The notes below the pieces were generated by a model. That model was not told where the DNA came from, did no database searches, and worked only from the letters and a program-made list of their open reading frames with translations. 60,740 nucleotides of DNA from Trichoplax sp. H2 (lineage: Eukaryota): contig NOWV01000152.1 of assembly GCA_003344405.1 (NCBI GenBank), positions 124,001-184,740 on the forward strand. Direction: 5' to 3'. Below, one piece after another: positions 1-17,427 of this stretch (position 1 is its first letter; every line of letters starts with the position of its first letter). Position numbers and translations under genes: made by a program.

Positions 1-1613
1 ATTTGTAAGCAGAGACTGAAAAATTTTAACCTTTATTTAAAGGAAGTAAAGCTTGGCTCATGTATCGTAATATTTACGTTACTTGATATGATAATTTTTG
101 ATTAGGCTAACTTTGAATAATATAGAATTGGATTACCAAGAACTGGATTAGCTTTGACTGAAAGTAAATTTTTCTAAGTAAAACCATGAATGAATTAGCC
201 ATACTGTTTTCAGTTGATCATATATTAATACTTTATCGTTTATCCGTGTTTGCTATAGCCAGTCGAATAAAATAAAAACGTAAATATTTTATTCGACAAA
301 TGGTGCATTTTTAAATTATTTACAACTAGTTCCTTCATTACATCAAATCCAGTCAAATTCTTAACAACGTAAAGCCAATATGATTTTGTATCTAGTTTTA
401 AGGCTATAAGAAATATTTTAAAATGTTAATGCTTTTGTGACATTTCGAAAGTAATGTAACGCTATTGTCTAGTGGATAGCCCATTAAGGAAATATTAAAC
501 TATCCTGAATTCTAATATTTAGTCTCGTTGATATAATTTAATGAATGTGACGATGTTTCTCATAAACTGAGGAGTTATCATTGATTAGATAAAATATATA
601 TATCTGTATAGATTTCACTATTGAATTGTAGTCTGCATTTCTGAAGAATCATTCATTCATGTGAAATAAATATATGTAATATGCTACTTGTGGTCTGCAC
701 AGTTGGAGTTTTACGTACAATGGCTATCCTTATTTGTCATGTTGAATATGCCATCAATTTCCTACTATGCAGTAACTTATAGAAGTACTCGAATGCTCTT
801 TAATGCTAGAAGCAATCCATGCATAAGCTTTTGAGAAGACTAGTTTTAGTAGTCATTGTGCAATTAATTGTAACATGTATTGCATAATAGAGACAGTTGA
901 CAGAAGTATAGAATTACCTAGTAGCTCAATATAGAATAGTACTCTTATATGTACTTTGCGTAGAAGATGTACACTATCGCTACTATGGAGTTAATCTGGT
1001 GTGCATGAGGCCGTTCCATATTAGAAATGATTCGCACATGCGATTAATTGGCTTAAAATACGCTTCACAAATGACCAAATTACTTACGCCAGTAACATAA
1101 AACAATCTGGAAGGGAAAAATTTCTTCATATTGAATGCCTTACAGTCTTATCAAAAGTCGAATATAATATTTGTGATTAATGACGAAAATTATAGTCAGG
1201 CTAAATATGATTAGATAGCTCATGTCATAAGTTCTAATATATCATAGTCAAATTGATAACTTTCGTAGTAGAAGCAGCTATTTATCGGATTTAAAAACTA
1301 AAATAATAGATGTTGCTAATTGCATGATTGTGCTTATATTCAATGACTAGTGATATTTACTGTGCTGTATAATCAATGTATTGCGGAAAGAGCTCAACTA
1401 GCCACTAGTATCTTATACAATTTGCGCTTATATTACGATTAGAAATTTTTGAAACACATAAAAATTAAACTTTATCATACTAAGGAACTGGTTCAGATGG
1501 TTCGCAGACTATTGCACCGGCAGCTTTAAGAGAATAAAAATGTTTAAAATGCTTGAATAAAATGGATTGAATTTCAATGATTTTACATCATAATTTGCAA
1601 ACGCAAGGAGATT

Positions 1614-5940
<4,327 letters not shown>

Positions 5941-6084
5941 GACGGTTGTAATCTTCTTCTCGATGAGATGAACGGAATAGAGTGCTGGTAAAAGAGATCA
6001 AAATAGTATGATTACTGAGTACAGATAGGCGAAAAGATTCATTTACATTCCATGATGGGCGTACTAATACGGTCATTTGCATTT

Positions 6085-7365
6085 TGTACAGTACAGTAGT
6101 TCAGAACTTCAGAATTGCTCAGTCAACAGCTACCGTAATGAATGTTTATATAACAGGCAAATGGTTTGACCGATTAGCGTATCATGTACTGTACAGTACT
6201 GAACGTTTTGATTGCATTTGTACAGTAGGAATGTCATGATAGAGAATATTCCTGCTCGATCTAACAACAGCTTTGCTGATCGACTAAAAATACGCCGACA
6301 ACACTCAATATCACATTACGGCTAGATGTAAGATCAATCAATTTTCTTCCTCATTCAATACCACAAAGTTGTATCCTATCGTGACCCGCAAATACCGCTT
6401 ACATTTGGCAAATTTGAAATGGCAAGAAGTGATCATGCCCTACGCTAACTATGCGATTATCATCCTTGTATGTACGTTAAAATTACTTTGGGCACGCTAT
6501 CAAGAAATTAGCATAGTTAACATACGTATCTTGGCAGTTATCGACGTAACCGGAGGCAAGTAGCAGAAAAAGTAAATTCTAATTGGAATGGTTTAAAATT
6601 CAAATACTGTACAACAAATTTTGGGGGGATTGAAAATCCTGTACAGTACAGTACAGTACAGTACAGTACAGGTGTGGTGAAGATACTGTACAAGGGTGTC
6701 TCATAAGTCTTTTCCACGGTTGAAAATTATATGAAATTTTTATTATAATTTTTTATTGCATATAATTATTAGACAAATTTGGTATCATTCGATTGGAAAG
6801 AAGATGAAATGCTACGATACCACAATGCACTGTAGCCAATTTGTACTGTACAGTACAGTACTTCATTAGATTAGGAGCAGAATTAGTGGAATAATGTAGG
6901 TAATCATGATGACAAGGAATCTACGAGTGGCTGGCATACTGGTTCAGCACAGTACTGTGCTGTACTGAATACAGACGGTGCGGTCTTAGGCAGAAAAATA
7001 CAAACAATTGTTTTGGGTAGTGACGTCATAAGCAAGAGGCACGTAATCAATTCCCAAGCAAACTGGGCGATAAGCCAGAATTTTACGTCAGCGGTATTTA
7101 GACGTCCGGGTTAAATTGACCTTAGCGTCTTTTCGGTAAGGGTATGGTCATGACAGCTATTACCATGAAATAGGATCAGCTTTATTCTATACGATTACAA
7201 CAAAAATGGGTGGAAAATCATTGGAAAATATCTTGATATCACACTTAGAAATCTCAAATGACTTTCCACCCACCCTCAGTACTGTACAGTACTGTACAGT
7301 ACAGTACTGTAGTACCCTAAACCTAACCCTAACGTTACGGTACTGTACTGTACAGTGTACAGTAC
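6085..7365. repeat. Dispersed (CAGTA)n/(TACTG)n pentamer arrays in the divergent ETNPPL-EFHC1 intergenic region
   Basis: gtacagtacagtacagtacagtacagtacag at ~6641-6671, with further clusters at ~6085-6100, 6186-6201, 6843-6862, 6949-6967 and 7278-7365. Confidence 0.85.
7021..7028. promoter_or_regulatory. Perfect CRE/ATF palindrome TGACGTCA in the bidirectional promoter
   Basis: Exact 8-bp palindrome between the head-to-head ETNPPL and EFHC1 genes. Function cannot be shown from sequence. Confidence 0.3.
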
Positions 7366-7422
7366 ATACCACGGTAGGTCCGGCGTCTTGGACTGTGAGA
7401 AGTCTGCAAAACAGAATGTTTG

Positions 7423-7435
7423 GTATCTTAGCAAC
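7423..7435 (+). promoter_or_regulatory. Candidate X-box (RFX site) upstream of the ciliary gene EFHC1
   Basis: GTATCTTAGCAAC has a perfect RGYAAC half-site and lies ~180 bp upstream of the EFHC1 ATG. RFX X-boxes are typical of ciliary genes. Confidence 0.4.
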
Positions 7436-7613
7436 AGTACATAATTGTTTTGCTTCACTACTGCTTATATTGAAGTTAAATTGCCAACACAAAATCACAT
7501 CAATTAATGAAAGTTAGTGCTGAAGCTAGACACCTACATCGTCAGCAATTTTTTTCCATATTGCTTTGCAAAATTTTCAACTATTAGAACTGATCGTTTC
7601 AACCAACATCAAA

Positions 7614-10600
7614 ATGTCCGGATTACCTCTCTTACCTGGAAACAGTTTTCGTGATCCTACAGTAAGTTACAATATTAATGCTTTTAGTGCTTCGTACTTT
7701 GGAGTTATGTCGTACATCATTGATAAATCCAGTTTTAAAATTGTCTTGAAAGATTCTAATAATACATCTAAACGTTATGTCCTGATCTAAATTCACGCAC
7801 ATACAGTACAATATAAACATATTATCAGTACTCTAATAACAACTTCATCCTTACTTGGCAATCAGTGCGCCAGTTTAAAAACATTCATATATTGCGGTCA
7901 TAATTTAGACACCGAATTATACGGTTATATATCGTAATGTGTCCAATTAATGTAGAAGCTAAGATATTTATTATAGATACTAGACTATCCATTATTCTAC
8001 ATCATAGAGAATGACCTGTAATGTTTTATATCTAAACTGTTGTCTGATTTTATATTGCAGAAAACCAAGTATCATAAGCCTCAAACTTTAGGCTTCAGGA
8101 ATGGATATACGGTTACTCCACCACCAAAAGCCGGCATTGGAGGTGAAAAATTAACAACAACTTTATATGATGAACTTCCCAATCTTTCTCAATTGGCTAT
8201 AAACAAACCAGAGATGATATATGGGCAAGCTAATCAAGCCCCTGAGGAGGATTACATACCCGCACATGTTGCATTCGATAAAAAAGTGAGCCATTTTATA
8301 GTTCTAATATTCTGCCATAGCTTTATTACAATAGTACATCTGAAACTATTGAGTTACTCTGTAAAGTAACCTTTTACTGCCAATATTTTGTAGGTACTAT
8401 GTTTTCAAGCATTTTACAAACAAGCTGTCCATGAATCAGCAGATGAATACTATCGAATACGATTTGTGAAAATTTATTACTATTTGGAAGATGATTCCAT
8501 CGCAATTGTTGAACCACCGATGAGAAATAGGTACTTAACTTTATGAGATGATATTGTTAATTGAGTAGAATAGCCTACTCCCAAGATTGTTTTTCACTGA
8601 CTGATAATACTACTGATGTAAATAGCGGAATGCCGCAAGGTAAACTATTAAAGCGACAACGTTTACCAAAAGATGATTTCGGTAGCACATGGCATTGGAA
8701 AGACATTAATCTTGGTGTTAATTTATCAACTTACGGAAAAGTCTTTCATATCTATGACTGTGATAAATTCACCCAGGTTTGCATTATCAGATAATTCGAA
8801 AATGCAATTCTTCAACGCGCATAATTGATTATCGTGTCATCTTAGGATTATTTGGAAAGTGAAGGTATCGTCATGAACCCTCCAGAAATTCCAGCCCCTG
8901 ATCCTTATATCGAAAAAAGAAATACTCAGCAAAGAACTTTTGCAACCAAGTCAGATGAAGACAAATTGAAAAAATTTCTAACGCTTGATAAGAAAGTATT
9001 AAGATTTTTCTGCATTTGGGATGATCGTGACAATATGTTTGGTGAATTGAGGCCATTCGTAAGTTTATTACTCTCATTAATATTTATTAATTAGTGACGT
9101 TGATATCTTATATGATCTAGTCACTCGATAAGGAACCATTCCATGAATTTTAATAGGTCCTTCATTATTATTTGGTTGACGACACGATTGAAATTCGTGA
9201 AGTTCGACAGCAAAATAGTGGACGCGATCCATTCCCTTCACTCATGTCAAGGCAAAAAATACCATTGAATCGGAATTCAATTCCTTGTAAGCAAATGGCT
9301 GTTACTCTTGATATTGTTTATGATTTCAATTTATCCATGCCATGTATCGTATGACTATTTATTTTAAGCTAACGTACTGTTTTGAATGATTAGCGTCATT
9401 TCCAACATCGGTGCTAGAGTTATCCAGTCAGGAATTGAAAGACTACATAGTTCCATCAGACCTCAGAATTGGTAGAACCTTGAATATTCTAGGTCGAAGA
9501 TTCCTATTGTATCCTTTGTTATTTTTACTATCCAATTGAAAGTAATACTAAAAATTCAATGGATAAAATAGTTTAAGCCGCAAAACGCTTAGAACTGTTA
9601 CATAATACAGGATTAATCACTTATGAAACTTGACGAGAAAGACTCCTTGACTGCTTACTTACTAGATATGATTGCGATCTTTTCACTCAAAATTATTATT
9701 ATCAACATTATAATATAACTGATTTCACACCTATTGATGTGATGGAAAAGCGTCCACCTCCACCTAGAAAGGTACGATCACCAAGTAGTATAAGTAGTAC
9801 AGATTTAAATATTAACTTTGCTATTAGCAATTTATGATCACTATAACTGATTTAAATAACTGCTTTATAGGAAATTCCACCATATAATGGTTTTGGCAGT
9901 CTTGAAGATTCAGAACAATCTTGTAAGACCTTGATACCACAGCCTCCAAAGAAAGATTTTATGAAAATGCTTGAATTCAACAATGTTATTCTTCGTTATG
10001 AAGCTAAATACGTAAGTTCTACTGTCACCTACCATTCTATGTATGCAAATTTTGTAAGCTGTCCGTTACGATAATGTTTACGGTCGCCGTTTCAGATTAG
10101 TCACTTTCGTTAATATTGAGGGAATATTAACTCCTTACTTCAGGTGAACCCGAGTCCAGAAGATGCTACTCGTCGATTTGTCTTTACATATCGGTTAGCG
10201 GATGACTTGATGCTTATCTATGAGCCACGCCAGAGGTAAGATTTAGAAATAACTTTTCAGCTTCAAATCGAAATACTATTGTTCAAGATAGTTCCAATAA
10301 AATCTATAGCACTATCTCATGAATTAATAGATGCGTCCTCTTTTCTCAGAAATTCTGGAATAATAGGTGGAAAATTCTTAGAGAGAACTAGAGTGGTAAA
10401 ACCTGGGTGTGATCCAAATAGACCAGAATATTATGGCCCTAAAGATTTTACTATTGGATCAGTTGTTGTTGTTTATGGTCACAAGTTTGTTATAACCGAT
10501 GCTGATGATTATGTATTCCGCTACATCGAAGAAAATCCAGATCAATTTCCATCCGATATCATCGAATCGATGCGAAAATATAAAATCGGAAAAGATAAAA

Positions 10601-11277
10601 TTCGAGATGAGAAAAAACAGATTGAATCAAAAAAGACAAAAAATATGGCGGCTCCTGTGAGAAAGTATGTATTTTATCATAGTAATACATTTCTATTAAT
10701 TAATTTTATTTATCATGGACATCTACTAATTCACATCGGGCTAATATGACTCTCAAATTATGAAACAGCTCATTCTATAAAAGACTTAATAAGTTAACAC
10801 TATACCCGTAGTGATATAGATCATTTACTATCTTGAATTAATCTTGAACAGTGAACAAGAATTAGACGAATTGGTACGTACAATCCAAGCGCAACTGAAA
10901 CGTGAAAATTACATGAACAGCCATTCATTACAGGAAGCCTTTTTGCAATGTGATAAAGATCGATCTGGAAGAATTGACCGGGATGAGCTTGCTACATTAT
11001 GCGAGAAATTTAATTTACCATGTGATGCCCAGCTTCTGCGAACTGTAAGTAAATTTGATTTACTGTTAAACTTGAAAAACCTGCCTGTAGCAACACTGCT
11101 CAGGAATTTGAGCTATTTTAATATTACTGTATATTGCACTTTAGTTAGTATCAAGTCATCAATAATTGTTTTCTAACGTTAGTATTTTTATTTCTTCAGC
11201 TTATTAATAGATGCGATATGAATAACGATGGTTTGATCGACTATTGGGAATTCAGTCGATTCTTAAACTGGAATTAA
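7614..11277 (+). CDS. EFHC1: EF-hand domain-containing protein 1 (Rib72/myoclonin-1), ciliary microtubule inner protein with three DM10 domains and a C-terminal EF-hand pair; 13 exons, ~647 aa
   Basis: Exons 7614-7661, 8061-8285, 8394-8530, 8626-8776, 8846-9058, 9157-9286, 9394-9508, 9666-9771, 9871-10011, 10144-10235, 10350-10664, 10852-11044 and 11200-11277. Motifs: [71 protein letters not shown], and EF loops [12 protein letters not shown] and [12 protein letters not shown]. Confidence 0.93.
9509..9665 (+). other. U12-type (minor spliceosome) GT-AG intron in EFHC1
   Basis: 5' site GTATCCTTT, branch site TCCTTGAC at 9644-9651 about 15 nt from the AG, and only a weak polypyrimidine tract. 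Splicing gives in-frame RRFLL/YDCD. Confidence 0.88.
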
Positions 11278-12485
11278 TCAGTAATTCTAACTTAAAACTT
11301 TATCTTGGTAATATTCCAGCATTTATTATGCAAGGATTTACGTTAATACGTACTGTAATATATGCAAGATCATGATTGAAACACTATTACTGTTTACGAT
11401 GTGGTCTGGTATGATTGTTAAACTATCTTAATAAGTAATACGTATGACCGTAAAATTTTTGGCCTTTTTGATTGTAAATTTCAACATACGCGTATTTCAT
11501 AGTTTAGTGTCACGAGTACATAAATGCGATATTGAGCTGGTGTGTTTCTGTTTTCACGCTGTGCAGTGTCAAGTCCTGATAATGTTATTATTAGCGATGA
11601 TAATTCGATTCTTATTGGGTTCTGAATAGCATAACACATAGCATATGCCTGTTAGTTAATCATTAACATTAATATGTCATGGTCGTAATATAAAGTGCCA
11701 AAAATAAAGACAAGCTAGTTTCCCAAATTCAAGCCACTTACGCGTATCAGTTTGCTTCAATAAGTTAGTAATGCTATTTATACGTGATCTACAAAGTTCA
11801 CTACTGTCAGTAATTGTGATTTATTACAATGAGATGATGGCCATTAACTTCTTTCAGAAGCAAGTACATACAATTTATTTTTCCACCTTAACATGCTAAC
11901 AATTTCGTATATTATACAGTCAAAAATATGCAAGTTTATGGCTATAAATATGCACTAATAATCGTCAAATAAATTCTAGTATCGAGCTTGATTACGTATT
12001 AATACAGTACTAGCGCCGAAAATGTTTGTTATTACAAGGATTATATAGCAAAAGTGATATTTCGCTGGTTACGAACTCCCACAGAGAACAAAGACGGGCA
12101 AAGCCGTAAAATGATTATACTGGTAGTCAATGAAAGAATAGATAATAAGTACAATGTCCTATAGGAAATCATGATATCAGAATCCAACTGATGAAAATTT
12201 TAATACATTGATCAGTGCTATTAATCAAAAATTGATATTGAGATTAAGGTAAACAGTCCTACTTAGTGTTGTTTCGTAATATAGTTAGCAATTATTGAAT
12301 TGTAGGTAATTATTAGAGCATATAATCCGCAATAACATTTTGGCATCATAATGTCATTCTCGGTGGAAAATACTTTGATGCTAGGGCGCTGCGACCATGG
12401 GTAACAGCGCTAGTTTTTCTTTAGCGATAAAGCTAGACCGCCACAAGTTGCACACTGTACGTATGAGGGAGGCAATTACAATAAA

Positions 12486-15400
12486 CTAATTATTAACACT
12501 GACATCAGTCCTCCGCCGTCTAGTATTCGATCGAAGACCGTACGATCCATTTTGGGCTTTTCTATGATTTGAAGTCCGATATTTTGGAGACGTGTCACTA
12601 CTATCTTCGTCAACATTGTCACGATTTCGCAATGCTTTCCTTGCGAATTCATTAGCTGTACCACTTAGATCTTGAGCCCCAGATCGTCGACGAGTTCCAA
12701 GTTTTCTCTGAGCATCAATAAGTAAAAAGAGTTTGTTACTTTATCGAAATTATAACTGTGCAGATTGCAGTTTTATTTCATACTGGCGATCGGCAAACTT
12801 ACCCCACGAATTTTTGCGATCATAACGAATATATAAGTTATCACCAGACAGTATACAGCCTGTAAATGATACAGTAAAGTTGCTTAGTTAGGTCATAAAT
12901 ATGAAATTAGTCACACCGATTACGAATTCAGGTCAAAGCTACCTGAAAGATGACCCACAAGCCAATTTTAATTACGTCAGCTTTTGCAAATAATTCAGGT
13001 GCAAATTTCAGACAAATTAGGAATTCGATAAGTGTGATTGCTCTGTAGAGTAAATTTGATCTTATAAGGCATATTTTAAAATTTTTATTGTAGTTGTATT
13101 GGTATACTTACATATCTATACTTACAAAAAAATCCAGCATTGTGTACCCAAGCTCCTGGATCTAGCGTCCGTAGTATATACGTAATATTGCCTATAAGTG
13201 ATTTCGATGTAAAGATAACATGGTAGTATAAGTAATTTACTACTGAACTGTACTTCAAAGAGCTAATGAAGAGTTGATTATGTAATTAATCAGCATTGAA
13301 TATTATTTTACTTTATAGACGGGGAAACAATTGCACCAATTAGCAGCAAGCGATAAGTATTGAGCATATTATATATAGGAACCATAAGGATGTGCTTTAG
13401 TAGAAAGGTATTTAATTCTGATATCTGAAAATAAGATAATATTCCAAGGAAAATTAGCCGTACAAAAATCATGTTTGTTTATTTTAAGTCATGGATAGTT
13501 TTGTTCCCTAAAGGAAGCAAGTAATAAGCCGTACCTGCCACACAAAAAGTAACTGCCATACATACATTATTCGCATAACTGTGCTTGTTGGTTCAAACCA
13601 TCTTACGGGTTGAAAACTGAAAAAACATAGCAAAGTAGAGTCAATTGGAAGGTCGTCATAAGATAGTAGATGGTATGAAATGATATTTACATTAGTCTTT
13701 ACCTTTCAGGACCAAACTGCATAATTACCCTTCTAATTTTACCGCTAGTTGTATGAATATCTCTACAGAAATCACGAACATAGAAATTTCTAACCATTGA
13801 CGCGAATATATAAACACAAGAATTCAAACCGAAATTACTAACTTGACACTTTCCCAGTGATACGATGCCATTTCAAGTTTGCGGCAAATGAATAAGCCCA
13901 CAAATATGCCAAGTCCATTGCACAATAGTACGTCAAGTATAATCATGTCCCACCAGCATTCAGCAAAGTTAGGTAATAAATGTTTGAAGGCTAGCTAAAA
14001 GTAGCATCAAAGCCTTTAAGCTAAATAGCCTGCATATGTAGATGTGCAGTGTTACATCCAATATATTTTAAACTGCTATCATACCTCTGTTATTTCCCAT
14101 AGAACGCTAATTGCCCAAAGTATACCAGCATGGCGTAAGAATAGTGCCTTAAAAACCCAACCAATAAAGTGAGCGAAAGCATAAATATCAAGGCACTCCC
14201 AAAGACGATAAAAAGAAAAGGCGCAGTTGGTTGCCCACGACTAGGAACGCGGCGGCGTAAATAGAAACGAAAAATAAACGTTTCATTAATTACATGGAGT
14301 ATAAAGGAATGTAGGGTATACATTTTGTAAAAAATTTTTACCTTGTTTTCTGGTTTAACGTCTAATAATTCTGGATATAACCAGCCTAGCATGGCTCTTA
14401 CGTCACTCAGTTTTTGAAAGAGAATGAATGTTAATCCTAAAAGGTATATTAAGCTAATTCCTAATTAGAAAATAAATCAGTAAGTTCCGGTTACAATATT
14501 GAAGCAGGATTATTAAATTTTGTTATATACCATTGAATTAAAATAATAGTAGTAACTTATTATTGGTAAGGAATTATACATTCATGATTTAGTAATAAAA
14601 CTCACCAAATACCACCCTCCAAACTAATGGATGAGGTCGAATGTAAGGGCCTATTTTAGTAATAGCAAATAGTGAGATTTATTGACTAGAAGTTGTATCA
14701 AATTTCGTAATGCTGTACTTAGAAATTGCATATTCAATTACTTATAATATATTACAACAATATTAGCTAAAGGACGAGAATTACAGTTTTACGTTATCAT
14801 ATTCCAAATAGAGTACTAGTAGTACATCGATTACTGAATTTTAGTATTGTTTGATCGTCACGACGACATTAAAAAATGGAGCATCTGCATAGAAATTGGT
14901 TTACTGTAAGGTACGCAAAAGATAGAATAATACACGTATTAAGAGAACATGCAAGTTAGATAGTCCAGCACTTGAGGCAAATATAACACATAAGCACATG
15001 GCCAAAACTGATGATGCGTAGCGGACAAGGTTGGATGATGCCAATGTAAGAGAATTTAGAGTTAGAGCCAAGTGTATTGTTGAGCCGTTATCTTATCAGT
15101 TTCTAAATAATTCATCCTGCAACTTGGTATTCTATCATTAATTATTCTTACCGTTAGGGAAACACATCAAACTCACGATAAGGAATAGAAAAGTGACGCA
15201 AAACAGTCCTGAAGCGATGTTGTCCTCACGATTAACATTTGGATTTCTATCGGATATGTTATAATTAGTATAACAAGAAAACTTTAGATCTAGTCTGTAC
15301 TGATGTGGTATTCATTAGCATATTTCATATAGAAGAAACTATAGTGACAATTAGCTTCTAAGGCAGTGTAGTCGTAAAAAGAGAATACTACCACTACCAT

Positions 15401-17038
15401 GTTACTCAGATTTTCCACTTTTGTTGTAATCTACAGTGGTAAGCTATCTTAATCTTAATGGAAAGTGCTGTAATTTATCGTGGGTATGCATCTGATCTTA
15501 CTCGCCGATAGATAAGTTTATAAGAAATTTATGGCACCTGTGAGATGACGAATGTCCAATAAATCAACTATGTTTCAGATTCAACGGCTTCATTCCAGAT
15601 ACAGTATGTTGATTGTAAAATTGACAAGTTATAAAATCAGCCATTAAGCTAAATCATTCTATTTTATTTAATGAATGAAACGGTGTTTACAAATCGATTA
15701 TCCAAGCCAAGGAATACTATCCCAGTTTGCACACTGTAAGCTATCAGAATCTTGGTTTTGACATTCTCAGGTACCATGGTCCAGCAAATGTGCAAACTGC
15801 AGACTACTGTAGCATTGTATTGTAATGTTAATAATATTTTTAGTCCTTCAAGTGCAGGACAATTAATTTACTATACGTGTACTGCACATATAATTTTTTA
15901 TTGGATAGGAAAAATTGGACGATTCAAGTAAGTTAAGCCGTTGCGGCTAACCCAATAAGCTCGAAGAGGTAGTTATTGCTCATTTAGAGACGTACTGTAC
16001 AATACATCGATGAATCAAAATGGATGGCGCAACCATATGAGTGTATCAATGGGTAGTTGATTTATTGACATCGGTTACTGCTGTAAGCTGCTTTATAAGA
16101 TATCCTGAGGTACAGTGGTCTGGAAAACTTGCAATTGATATCATCATGTTATCACTGAATGCGCTTTGCACTTATTCAAAATGGACCACTTTTCTGTGCA
16201 AACATTGGATATCATGGCATGCGATGACTTCACGTACGCATCATAACGTTGGTAAAACTATTTTTATAAAGCAACATGGTGAGTTATCGTTCAATTGAAA
16301 TGGACGAAGAGCTAATGTTGAATATGTCATTACTGTATTGCACTTGTGGATGCTGTAGGCATTTGTAACGTAGGAGTAATGTTATAGCAGAGCAAAGTAC
16401 ACTGCAGTATTGGTGAGTACTGCTCGTATTGGTTGTCTCGATGGGAGATGGGCATGGATGGTCATCAATTTGTAAGTAGCAAGGCAAGGCAAGTTGCATT
16501 TTAATGATAGTTTATGGTATTGGTACAACTAGAATGGAGGCTTAAGACTCAATTTGAGAGTATTATGTCCATTGGGTGAATAGCGATTAGTTTTATTAGA
16601 CATGACGTTGGAATAGTGCAGTCTGGTACTGCACATGTCGACATTAGCGATGTCATGCATCCTGTACGTTGTTCTCAGATGATTGGAAGTTCGCTTATCC
16701 CGATATGAATGAACATGGTGTTGCTATAACTTTTAGGATAGTGTTGTTATTGATATTATGATTGGATAGCATTGGAGTAGAATAAATAAGTGAGATTGGG
16801 AGAAATGGATATTATGAATATACAGTAGTCAGACTTACCTGTTAAATGCCATCATAACGACAATACCAACAGCAAAAATTAACAAGGAGATCGTTTTGGG
16901 CCTATAGAAAAAGTCCATTGTGATGTTGGATACAGTTTGCGAATGAACATTTAAGACTTCATCATCAGAGGCTGAAGTTTCTCCGGATAATGACGTTCGG
17001 TGAGTGCGAACCTTTAATCGCCGTACTGTATCTGCCAT
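12486..17038 (-). CDS. PTDSS1: Phosphatidylserine synthase 1 (base-exchange type); ~13 exons
   Basis: Exon 1 is 16839-17038 ([15 protein letters not shown]). Later exons encode [79 protein letters not shown] and RSLGTQCW. The last exon ends in TAG at 12486-12488. Confidence 0.92.
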
Positions 17039-17427
17039 AATGTTTGGAAGAATGAGAATTTTAGCCTTGTGTGGTGGTTAATATGCCAATACAATGAATG
17101 AAGAAGAATGGATGATAAGCAAGCTTTTAGAATTTCCCTCTCTCGTTGATGGATATCGTTGCAAGTAAGCAAAGCAATGACAGGCTACAAGGTTTAGTAC
17201 ATCCCAAGTGAACAATGCTATTTTTCTTCTCTTTTTAGTCGTCACTGGCTAAAGTCGTGACTATTATGTCGCACACGCAATCCAATGCTGCAACTAGATT
17301 TCAATCACGCAATGGGCAGCCAGCTAGAGCCTAGTGGCAGGTAATCATTTGCTGGTGCTAGGCTGTTATCAAATCAGAAGGCCAACCTAATGCTGCAGTA
17401 TGCTATGAGTCTGCTCTACAATAGTCA

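Noticed and set aside
6641-6671. Repeat arrays as CRISPR-like
   Set aside because: Simple pentamer microsatellite with no unique spacers and no cas genes, in a eukaryotic context.
7187-7517. Overlapping ORFs rich in YCTVQYST
   Set aside because: They are translations of the stop-poor CAGTA pentamer repeat. The same applies to ORFs at 17516-18520 and 32200-32933.
14090-14392. 100-aa ORF suggesting a frameshift in PTDSS1
   Set aside because: It reads through an intron into another frame. The spliced exons (14343-14460 and ~14085-14240) join in frame.
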